From: an uncultured Anaerolineae bacterium
Lineage (GTDB): Bacteria > Chloroflexota > Anaerolineae > VGOG01
Assembly (NCBI GenBank): GCA_964390805.1
Contig: CAYMKL010000014.1
Span: 706-64,705 of the forward strand
DNA: 64,000 nt
Direction: 5' to 3'
The position numbers and the translations under genes are program-made. Below, one piece after another: positions 26,621 to 36,700 of this stretch; within the stretch, counting starts at the first letter, position 1, and each line of letters opens with the position of its first letter. The notes under the pieces are model-generated. The model was not told the DNA's origin. It did no database searches and was given only the letters and a program-made list of their open reading frames with translations.

Positions 26621-27961
26621 ATGGTTGAGAGAAAGATCGTGGTCATCGGTATGGGCTATGTGGGCATTCCTTGCGCAGTACTCTTGGCCGATGTGCCCGG
26701 CCACCAGGTGATAGGAGTGCAACGTCGCTCCGAGCGCTCCGGATGGAAGATTGATGTCTTGAATCAGGGCAAAAGCCCCTTTGAAGGAGACGAGCCAGGG
26801 CTGGCCGAGCTGATCGCCCGGGTGGTGGAAAAGGGAACGTTCCGAGTGACAGACGACATTTCGGTCTGTAAGGACGCCGACGTCATCTTGATTGACGTGC
26901 AGACGCCGACCGATACCCGCAGGGTCCCTCAATATCGCTCCCTGCGCGAGGTCAGCACCAGCGTAGGCCAGTACATGCAGAAGGGCACTCTGGTGACTAT
27001 TGAATCAACAGTCGCGCCCGGTACGACGCAGAACATCGTGCAGCCCATCCTGGAAGAGACCTCCGGACTGAAAGCGGGTCAGGACTTCTACCTGGCTTTT
27101 TCCTACGAGCGGGTGATGCCGGGCAAGCTTCTGGAATTCATGGTGGATTTCCCTCGCGTGGTGGGGGGCATTGATGCCAAGAGCACGGAGTTGGCAGTGG
27201 AGCTGTACAGCACCATTGTCCGGCAGGAGATCACGGCCACCGACGTCCTCACCGCCGAGCTGGCCAAGACGGTGGAAAACGCCTATCGGGACGTCAACAT
27301 CGCTTTCGCCAACGAAATAGCGCTGATCTGTGAGAGCCTGGGAGTGGACGTCTACGAGATGCGGGGGCTGATCAACGCCCGCCCGGACCGCTACATGCAC
27401 ATTCCAGGAGCCGGCGTGGGCGGACATTGCCTGCCCAAAGACACCTATTTGCTGCGCTTTGGGGTGAAGGAATACGGCTCCCGCGACGTGGACACGGCGA
27501 TGATCACCCTGGCCCGCCGTATCAACGACGCCATGCCGGATCAGATGGCTCGTCTGGTGGAGGAGGCGCTGACTGGGGTAGGCAGGGAGGTCAAGGGATC
27601 GCGGGTGGCCGTCTTGGGGCTCGCCTACCTGGAGGATTCGGACGATGTCCGCAACACCCCGGCTGAACCGCTGATCAATACCTTGCGGGCCAGAGGTGCC
27701 TGGGTCATGGCTCACGATCCCTTTGTCTGGGGCTACCAGGGCAAGGAGCTGACCCGTGATCTGGATGAAGCTCTGCGCGGAGCCGACTGTCTGGCCCTGG
27801 TCACCAAACACCAGATGTACTTTGGGTTGGATCTGGAGCGCGTGAAGGGATTAATGCGCACGCCGGTCATCGTTGATGGACGCAACGTCTTTGACGCAAC
27901 AACGTGCCGGGAAGCGGGGTTTGTTTATCGGGGAATTGGGAAGGGGATGCATGAAACGTGA
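26621..27961 (+). CDS. nucleotide-sugar dehydrogenase (UDP-glucose/GDP-mannose dehydrogenase family; WecC/WbpA-like)
   Basis: Start ATG 26621 after GGAGGAGG RBS (frame open from 26540 inside repeat); KIVVIGMGYVGIPCAVLLA Rossmann; GHCLPKD catalytic-Cys motif. Confidence 0.82.
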   Translation: MVERKIVVIGMGYVGIPCAVLLADVPGHQVIGVQRRSERSGWKIDVLNQGKSPFEGDEPGLAELIARVVEKGTFRVTDDISVCKDADVILIDVQTPTDTRRVPQYRSLREVSTSVGQYMQKGTLVTIESTVAPGTTQNIVQPILEETSGLKAGQDFYLAFSYERVMPGKLLEFMVDFPRVVGGIDAKSTELAVELYSTIVRQEITATDVLTAELAKTVENAYRDVNIAFANEIALICESLGVDVYEMRGLINARPDRYMHIPGAGVGGHCLPKDTYLLRFGVKEYGSRDVDTAMITLARRINDAMPDQMARLVEEALTGVGREVKGSRVAVLGLAYLEDSDDVRNTPAEPLINTLRARGAWVMAHDPFVWGYQGKELTRDLDEALRGADCLALVTKHQMYFGLDLERVKGLMRTPVIVDGRNVFDATTCREAGFVYRGIGKGMHET

Positions 27962-28003
27962 AACGTGAAACGTGAAGCGTGAGGACCACGTTTTACGTTT
28001 TCG
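27954..28003. repeat. inverted heptamer arrays (GAAACGT x4 ... ACGTTTT x2) hairpin between sugar dehydrogenase and hdrA
   Basis: gaaacgtgaaacgtgaaacgtgaagcgtgaggaccacgttttacgttttcg; supplies ET* terminus of upstream gene. Confidence 0.65.
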
Positions 28004-28016
28004 ACGGGAGGTGCAA

Positions 28017-30638
28017 ATGGCTAAGCAAGACCTGCGCATCGGCGTTTTCGTCTGCGACTGTGGGCTCAACATCGCTGGGAGCGTGGACACCGAGGCGGTG
28101 CGGGAGTACGCCGACACGCTGCCCGACGTGGTGGTGGCGGTTGGCAACAAGTACACCTGCGCCGACCCCGGCCAGCAGGAGATCAAGCGCCACGTGGTGG
28201 AACACAGGCTCAACCGGGTGGTGGTGGCCTCTTGTTCGCCCCGCCTGCATGAGCCAACCTTCCGCAACTGCATTCAGGAGGTGGGCCTCAATCCCTATCT
28301 CATGGAAATGGCCAACATTCGGGAGCACTGCTCCTGGGTGCATCTCCACGACAGGCAGGCGGCCACCCGCAAGGCCGAGGACATCGTGCGCGCGGCGGTG
28401 GCGCGGACCCGCTGGCTCCTTCCCCAGATCGAGGAACAGTTGCCCGTGACCGACGCAGTGCTGGTCATCGGCGGGGGTGTGGCTGGCATCCAGGCCTCTC
28501 TCGACCTGGCCGACGCCGGCCATCAGGTCTATCTCGTAGAAAAGGAGCCCTCCATCGGTGGGATCATGGCCAAACTGGACAAGACCTATCCCACTATGGA
28601 CTGTAGTATATGAATACTGGGCCCCAAGATGATGGATGTCGGTCGGCATCCCAAGATCGAACTTTTAGCTTATAGCGAGGTGGAGGACATCTCTGGCTAC
28701 GTGGGCAACTTCAAGATCAGAGTGCGCAGGAAAGCCCGCTACGTGGACGAGAGTGAGTGCACCGCCTGCGGCGACTGCGTCCCGGTCTGCCCGGTGGTCA
28801 AGCCCGACGAGTTCCAGACGGGCCTCTCCAGCCGCCGAGCCGTCTACATCCCCTTCCCCCAGGCTGTGCCTTCTTCGTATATCATCAACATCCAGGAATG
28901 TCTGGGCGATAACCCCATTGCCTGCGGCAAGTGCATGGAGGCTTGCGACAAGAAGTGCATTGATTTCGACATGCAGGATGGGATCGTCGAATTCCAGGCA
29001 GGGACCGTCATCGTAGCTACGGGGATGGAAGCCTACGACCCCACAGAGATGGATGAGTACGGCTATACTCGCTACGAGAACGTCATCACCAGCCTGGAGT
29101 TCGAGCGGCTGATCTCTGCCGGCGGTCCCACCGAAGGCCATTTAGTCCGCCCCACCGATCGGCGGACGCCCCAGCGCATCGGCTTCGTGCAGTGCGTCGG
29201 CTCCCGCTCCCAGGCTCGTACTGAGCCCGGTCGAAGTAATGGGCGGGGCAATCCCTACTGCTCCAACATTTGTTGCATGAACACCGTCAAAGACAGCCTC
29301 CTGCTCAAAGACCACTACCCAGACACCGACATCACCGTTTTCTACATGGACATGCGGGCTTTTGGCAAGGGCTTTGAAGACCTCTACATGCGCTCCAAAG
29401 CGGCGGGGGTCAGGTACATCAGGGGCTTGCCGGGCGAGGTGACGGAGGATGCCGAAACGCGCAACCTGCGGGTCTGGGTGGAGAATACCAGCGCGCGGCG
29501 GCTGGAGGAACACGAGTTGGACATGCTGGTGCTCTCCATCGGCGCCGTGCCCCGCCAAGACAGCGAGGTGGTCAAGCAACTCCTCACCCTCTCCCGCACC
29601 TCCGATGGCTTCTTCATGGAGTCGCATCCCAAGCTGAAGCCAGTGGACGCGCCGACGAAGGGCGTCTTCCTGGCCGGCTGTGCCGAATCGCCCAAGGACA
29701 TCAAAGACTCAGTTACCCAGGCCTCTGCCGCCGCCTCTCGCGCCGAGATCCTGTTGAGTGCTCCCACCATCAAAGTGGAGGCCATCACCGCCGTTGTTGA
29801 CGAAGCGCTGTGCAAGGCCTGCGGACTGTGTGCCCCGGTTTGTCCTTATGGCGCTATCACCTGGGAGAAGAAGCAGACGGCCCACGTGATCTCGGCCGCC
29901 TGTGCTGGGTGCGGCACTTGCGCCGCCGAATGTCAATATGAGGCCATCACCATGCGCCACTTCTCCGACCAGGCCATCTACGCCATGATAGATGCCATGC
30001 TCTCCCCCTTCATCCCCCCCAAAGTTGGGGGGGAAAGAGGGGGGGCGGCCAAGCCGCCCATCGTGGCTTTTGCCTGCAACTGGTGCTCGTATGCGGGAGC
30101 GGACACGGCGGGGGTGGGGCGCATGGAATACCCGCCCAATGCTCGCCTGATCCGCACCATGTGCTCCGGGCGAGTTGATCCTGAGTTTGTGTGGTACGCC
30201 TTCCGGAAAGGAGCGCCAGTGGTGCTGGTCTCCGGCTGTCACTACGCCGATTGCCACTACATCAACGCCAACCGCCAGACCGTGCGCCGTGTTGACGCCT
30301 TGTGGGAGGGCCTGGAGAAGCGGGGTGTGCGTCCTGAGCGCTTGCAGTTGGACTGGGTCAGCGCCGCCGAGGGGCAGAAGTGGGCCAAAGTGATGCAGGA
30401 TCTGGACGAGCTGTGGGCGGGGGTCACAGCCGAGGAAATGGAGCAGACTCGCCAGGCGTTGAAAGAGGCCAAGACGCCCATTCGTGGCTCCCTCGACCGG
30501 CTAAAGAAACCGACGGCGGCCACGATGGTTTGTGTGCGCTGCGGCAACAAGTGGGATGTCACCTACGATCCTGCTGTGGACGAGGAGCGTATGTGCTCGA
30601 AGTGTCGGAGCAACAGCGTGCGGGTGTTGATCGTGTAA
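28017..30638 (+). CDS. hdrA: heterodisulfide reductase subunit A fused to C-terminal MvhD-like domain; predicted selenoprotein (in-frame UGA 28611-28613)
   Basis: ATG 28017 after GGAGGTG (frame open from 27972); 27972-28613 and 28629-30638 share frame, separated only by TGA; readthrough gives FPTMDCSI-U-ILGPKMMDVGRHPKIELL = conserved HdrA motif with Sec at Cys position; downstream 4Fe-4S motifs; C-terminal CNWCSYAG...CSGRVD...GCHYADCHY MvhD domain. Confidence 0.75.
28611..28613 (+). other. predicted selenocysteine (UGA) codon within hdrA
   Basis: TGA aligned to the second Cys of the HdrA DCSxC-ILxPK motif. Confidence 0.6.
28634..28651 (+). promoter_or_regulatory. candidate SECIS-like hairpin downstream of UGA
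   Basis: GGAUG-UCGGUCGG-CAUCC, 5-bp stem, loop contains GGUC; begins 21 nt 3' of UGA. Confidence 0.3.
30003..30050. repeat. C7/G7 palindromic element inserted in-frame in hdrA
   Basis: cccccttcatcccccccaaagttgggggggaaagagggggggcgg encodes PFIPPKVGGERGGAAKP. Confidence 0.75.
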
Positions 30639-30671
30639 TCCAGCAGAGATAGCTGACAATTGATAATAGCG

Positions 30672-30706
30672 AAAGCCCCTCGGTTGTCATTTTACCGAGG
30701 GGCTTT
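30672..30706. terminator. bidirectional rho-independent terminator between convergent hdrA and giant gene A
   Basis: AAAGCCCCTCGG (30672-30683) / CCGAGGGGCTTT (30695-30706) perfect 12-bp stem, 11-nt loop, A/T-rich flanks. Confidence 0.6.
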
Positions 30707-30757
30707 ACACTTGGCAGTCGCGTCAGAAAGAACCTATTCGTTGTGACACTCGAAGGC

Positions 30758-33700
30758 TCACCGCGTACCGATCACCAGCAAATCGAACGGGCCGACCGAG
30801 CGGATGTTCCCGGCCCGGTCCAATGCCTCTACCTGCAAGGTGTACAGGCCAGCCGTCTTCGGCCTGGGCGTGTAGCTCCACGTCGAACCGCCCCGATCCG
30901 CGACGTGCCAGAAGGAGTCACCCTCGGGCGTGTCCAGACGAACGTAGACCTCGCTCACGCCGCCGCCGTCGCTGACCGTGCCGACCAGCACCGGCGGGGG
31001 CGCCGTCTCGGTCGCCTTGTCCGTATCCGTGACCGGCTGGTACGCATCCAGCAGGATTTCGCTGATATGGGTGATGACGGCCACTGCTGGCGGGACGGTG
31101 TCCACCTGATAGGTGCGGCTCAGCGGCACCGTCGAGCGGTTGCCCACCGCGTCGAGGCCGTAGAAGGCGATGGTCTGGTACTCGCCGTCCGCGTCCTGCA
31201 CCGTCGCCGGGGCGTAGGTCCAGGTGCCGGTGGGCGTCGTACCCGGGCGCACGTCCACAGGCCAGCAGGTTGGTTCGTCCGGAGCGACTGAAGTCGCTAC
31301 TACGGTGCTCTGCCGGCCCCTGTTGCTTCCCTTCATCTCCAGCCCTTCGGCCTCGCTCAGGACAAGTGGCAGGTAGATGGTGTAAGGATACCGCCTACGC
31401 GCCGGACTGACGCAGACCTCCAGCCCGCTGGCCTGCCGGTCGTCGTGCACCTGGCCCGTGAAGAGGTGCTCGCCGAGGCCCAGCACCGTGTCAACCAGCG
31501 CCGCGTCCACGTCGGCGTCGAGGGTGACGGTGGGCGGGGTGGTGTCCACGATCAGCGTCAGCCAGTCCGTCCAACTGCTGGTGTGGCCCAAATCGTCGGT
31601 GGCCTGGGCGCGCAGCGCGAACTGGTCGCCGTCGTTGGCTGCACCCACGTCCCAGAGGCACGACCACTGGCCGTCCTCGTGGGTGGCGTCGGGGCAGGCG
31701 ATGGTGACCGGCGAGCCACCTGGCAGTGCCTGCGCTTCCAGCGTGACGATGGGCACGCCAGAGGGGTCGTGGACGATGCCGTGCACGGCGTTGGCGTAGG
31801 GTCGGATATAGGTTGCCGGTGCTGTAATCGTCAGGCTGATGGGCGCGGCGCTGTCCACGTCGTGCTGCACCCAGATCCAGTCGAAGGTGCCATGGGTGCC
31901 ATCGGCGACGCTGGCCATCACCTCGGCCGAATCGTCGTCCAGGTCGCTCTCCACGATGCCGCTGAAGCCGAGGGTGGCCGTGATGCCTGCGCTCACGTCG
32001 CCCAGGCTCAGCACCAGCGTGTCGCTTCCGGCGAAGTGCAGCGCGCCGCGCGCGGTGGCAGTGACGCGTACGTCGGGGGCAACCTCCGTTCCCTCGTTGG
32101 CATAGCGGACGGTGTAGTTGATGACCTGCCCGTCGTGGACAGGTTCGGGGTCAACGTCGACTGGCAGGACCAGGTCCACGATGGAGTCCAGGTCGGCGTC
32201 GAGGAACTGGTCGGGCGTCAGCAGGCTGTACAGGTCGTGCTCCAGGAAGCCCAACTCGACGCCGGGCGGGTCGGCCACGATGTCGACGTGCACGTCGGCG
32301 TCGGTGAACTGGCCCTCGGCAGGGCAGACTCCCGCTCCCAGCGACGCCCACTCGTACTGCTGGGTGAGGGTGAAGTGCTGCGTCGTGAGGACCGGGCCGG
32401 GGGCGTCAATGACGCGCTCGCTGTTGAGAGGGTTCTTGTCCGGCATAGCGGCCCACAGCCGCAGCCCGTCCTCCTCGCTGGCCAGGGCGACCAGGTCGAG
32501 GGACGTAGCCGCCGGGTCGGTGATGCCCAACAGGTCGAACGGCAGGTAGACGTCGGTGTGGGGCAGTAAGTGGGCGGTGCGCTGTCCTGAGCCTGTCGAA
32601 GGATCGAACTCGTAGTATTGGGGTGGGAGAGGTGCGTCCTCGATCCACTCGTCCCCATCCCAGCGCATCAGCGCGACGGCATCGGCGTCCTCTATCCAGA
32701 GCATGTAGTCGGCCTCCAGTTGGCGGCCGTTTTGGGCCGGCAGACCGATGACGGTCACTTCGGCTGAGCTCAGTGCAGGATTGGTCATCGTAGCGGTGTA
32801 GGGGTTGAAGGCCGTCGTCGCGCCACCGGGTGCACCGGTGTCGAAGTAGACGAAGATGTCGCCATCGCCAGCCCAGTCGGCGCCGCCCCAGGCGAGTCGC
32901 AGGGCCTCGTCGTTCCAGGTCAGGTAGAGCTCCTGGACTTCATTGAGGGCCGCGCCGGTGTGAGCGTTGCGCAGCACTTCACGGTTGACGCCGATCTGAG
33001 AGCAGCCGCTATCCATCCAGCCGTGATAGTTGCCCCCACCCCCGGCCCCTCCCCCAACCCTGGGAGAGGGGAGGATGTAGTCAGGCGTGGTAGGCGTGTC
33101 TGCATAGATGGGTCCCAGGGTGTGCCAGCGTTGGTTGCCGTGCACGTCCTGGGCGACGACGTGGGCATAGAGCGCCTGGGCTTCGCCAGCCTGCTGCTCG
33201 TGGTGGCGGTCTGTGGCCAGAGCGTACGTGGTGAGCGCGGCCAGGTCGGGCGTGGGGCTCTCGGTCCAACCGGCGTAGTAACGACCTAGGTCATCGCTGC
33301 TGCTGGCGGTCCACTCGAGGATGAGTGTGGGGCCGAGGACGTCGCGGATGGTATGGCCGGATGTGAGCACCGTGCGCCTGCCCAGGCCGTTGATGTAAGC
33401 CAGCGTAACGGTGACGGGCGCGGGCTTCACCAGGTCCACGGTGACGGTCTCGGTGACCTGCGCGGTGCGCCCGGCCACGTCGGTGGCGCGGGCGGTGACG
33501 ACGTAGGCCACGCCGTCGGGCTCGCTGCCCAGGTTCCAGGTGTAGCGCCAGGCGCCATCGTGGAGGGAAGCGTCGTTCCAGGCGTCCGAAGTGGTTACCT
33601 GTACCCGCTCTACGCCCCCGGTGTCGGTGACGAGGCCGGTGAGGGCCACGCGCCCCAGGGAGAGGCGATGGGTGGTGGTCAGCACGGTTGGCTCGACGGA

Positions 33701-36700
33701 TACCCACGGCGGCTGCGTGTCCACGATGACGGTGTCTGGGCGCGGGTCGGCCTGCACGCGGCCGGCCCAGTCGGAGGCGACAGCCAACAGCGTGTGTGGC
33801 CCCTCATCTGTAAGCGTAAGCGACGGAACCCAGGTGGTGCTCCAGAGCGTGTCGGTGATGGCGCCGTCGGGCCAGGTGGCGGCGTCCAGGAACGCGCCGT
33901 CCACGGTGACGGTGATGGTGTGCAGGGAGTCCACCGCGTAGGCGCCCACGGTCACACTGACGGGCTCGGTGCTGGTCAGCACGCTCTCGTGGGTGGGGGT
34001 GAGGACGGCGGCGTCCAGCAGTGCGTCCTGCTGGGCCAGCGCCAGGAGCAGGGTGCCAGCCGTTTTCGTGGTGCAGCGACCATGGATGTCGCAGGCTGTG
34101 ACCTTGGGGAACGGAGGCGGATCCGGGTGCCCAGGGACGGTGCAGGAGGGCGTCAGTTGGTAGAGCTGCGTGGCGTCGCTGGTCCAGGTGCGCCACCAGT
34201 CCGTGTCGAAGTAGTGACGGTCAGCGGCCTGCACTGAGCAGGGGCCACATTCAAAGCCATCCTCGACCAGATTGAAGTCCTTGGCCCAACAATCATAGGT
34301 GGTCTCGGCACTGGCGCCTGCGCCACGGAGGGTGACAGTGATGGCGACGCGGGGGGCGAGAGTATCAATCTCTCCGCGCCAGTGGTTCCAGGTGGATTGA
34401 TTGTCGTTGCGGTTGTCGAAGACGTCGTTGCCGCGCAGGTCAATCTGGTAGATGCCGTCCAGGTCGGCCGGGATGGGGTGGCTCCAGCTCGAGGTGGTGA
34501 CACCCTTGCCCGACTGGGCCAGTGCGGTATCCTCCCAATCCGGCTCCGTTACAGCGTGCGAAGCTAAGCCATCGGCGGGGGTGAAGGCGATCTCCAGCCC
34601 ATCCAGCCCTATAGCAATGTAGGTGGGGTCCATCACCGCGCCGCTCAGGGTCACTGTCTGAGTGATGGTGGTCGTTGAGGGGTCCGGGTAGGTCAACTCG
34701 GCGACCGGGGCGGTGTGGTCCAGCAGGATGAGGATGCCTGGGTAGTCCTTCTCCGGCGTGCGATTGCCCACCTCGTCGGTGGCGCGGGTGATGAAGACGT
34801 AGTCACCGGTGGGATTGGCCACGGCCTCGGTGTCGTCGTTGAAGATGGGGAGGACGTAGTCAATGGCCCAGGCCCTGCCCTGAGCTTGTCGAAGGGTATC
34901 GCCGTCCAGTGTGGCTTCCTGCCAACCGTCGCCCGATATGACCTCTGCGTCCAGGGGATCAGGGTCGGTCAGGAGCACCTCAACAGACCGGACACCGCTG
35001 CCCGGCTCTGAGCCGGCCATCGGGTCGCTGACGGTGCCATGCAGCGAGACGGTCCAGCGGTTCTGGGCGGTGAGCGTGGCAGTGACGATGGTGAAGTTGA
35101 CGATGTCGGTGTCCAGTTGTGGCGGGGAGCTGTCGAGGATGACGTCGGTGCCGGGGCCGGGTGTCTCGGTGTGGCCGACGACGTCCACGGCGCGGGTGTG
35201 CAGGGTGTGGCGGCCGTCGGCGTACCTGTCCACGCGCCAGCCATAGGCCCAGGATTCGTGGCCTGTGGCCGCCTCCCAGGGGTCGTTGTCTACGCGGACC
35301 TCGACGCGGTCTATGCTGGAGGTGGGGTCGTGGGCGTCGCCGCCGATGATGAGCGTGCCGGTGGCGGAGATGTACTGGCCGTGACTGAGGGAGGTGAGGG
35401 TGGAGGTGGGCCAGTCGGCGTCAATGAGCACGGGGGCGGCCTCGTCCAGGCTGATGTCGCCCAGCCAGGGCAGCACCTCGCGCAGGTAGAGGCGGTGCAG
35501 GAAGATATACCTGAATTGCCCCCACTGCCACCACGGTGCGACATTCGTCGTGACGGCGCAGTTGTGGTCATCACACGCCAGTGACATGCCGCGGGGCACT
35601 AGCTCGGGGTACATGGTTTCGTACGTTCCCCGACCGGAGTACCGGCTCCAATGCACAGCGTACGATTGTCCAGAGGCTCTGACGCTACCATTGGCCGCCA
35701 AAGCCTGATAAGCCACACTGCTGGGGGAGTCCCACCAGTCAGGGCCGTGCTCCCACATCGCTAACCAGCCTTTGTGTTGGGGGTCGTAAGCCACCCGCGG
35801 GTAGTAGAGCTCGCGGTCGCTACCCTTGGTGCCGATGGTGAACGCGCTCCCTACGCTGGAATCCTGCACGAAGTGACCACGTATCTTTTCTCCCTCGTAG
35901 CGGTAGACCACCAGCGCCTTGTCGGTGTTGGGGTCGTAGGCCACCTGGGGCAACTCTTCCATGCTATTTGTGTAGGCGATCTTGCCGCAACTGTCACTGA
36001 CGTAGTGGCCGTTGCCGTCCAGGTAGGCGTACCACACGTCGAAGTCGGCACTGCTGAAGTGATTCTCCCAGACGGCGACGTAGTTGCCTCCGACGTAGGC
36101 CAGATCCACGTAGCGATCCTCTCTGACACCTTGCGCTCCACGGCTATCCAGCCGCTCCTCATGGCTGTCGACGTCGCCGTCGTTGGTCACGATCCGGGTC
36201 TTGATCTCCCAGTCATCGTGCAGCCGCTGCCAGCCGACAAGGAAGTCGGAGCCGTTGGTGGCGACGGAGGGTTCTTGCTCGTGGTCATGGCTCCTGACGA
36301 TGGAGAAGGACGACTTCACCAGTTGCAGATTTGGCCCAACGATGGCGGCGTAGATGTCGAAGTCGTCGGAGTGCTCCTCTGCCCACACCACCAGGCACCG
36401 ACCGTTGTTGGCGCAGGCGATGGCGGGTGGATGGGCGGCCTTGTCATAGTCGCCGTCATCCACGTGTAGGGAGGCACCGTCGAGATTGTCGCCGGCCTGA
36501 TAGACGACGATGCGGCCCGTGACCTCGTTGTCGTCCTCGTCTGTGGAGTCGGCCTCCAGCGCGGCCACCACGTAGTCGCCGCTCCAGCCCGACGCCGGGG
36601 CAATGGCTGAATACCAGGGGTACTTGCCACTGGCTGCCTCTCGATGGCTGTCCTGCCGCGGGTCCCAGGTCCAGGTGGACTCCACACTGCCGGCGTGCAA

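Noticed and set aside
27972-28016. Upstream start (MKREDHVLRFRREVQ) for hdrA given by the ORF track
   Set aside because: This segment is the GAAACGT/ACGTTTT heptamer hairpin and has no RBS. ATG 28017 (MAKQDL...) follows GGAGGTG and matches HdrA N-termini.
28611-28628. Reading TGA 28611 as a true stop that splits hdrA into a 213-aa and a 669-aa gene
   Set aside because: Both parts are in one frame and the junction reconstitutes the conserved DCSxC-ILGPKM motif, with the TGA on a Cys position known to be Sec in HdrA. No RBS precedes ATG 28629.
31445-32569. Plus-strand ORFs of 280-500 aa inside the giant genes (31445-32569, 33353-34237, 38768-39622, 40682-41686, 42904-44355, 49609-51114, 51581-52648)
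   Set aside because: All are Gly/Val/Asp/Arg-rich antisense translations of the GC-rich giant ORFs. The minus-strand frames are continuous for 11-13 kb and contain recognisable TSP3, Kelch, FG-GAP and TM features.
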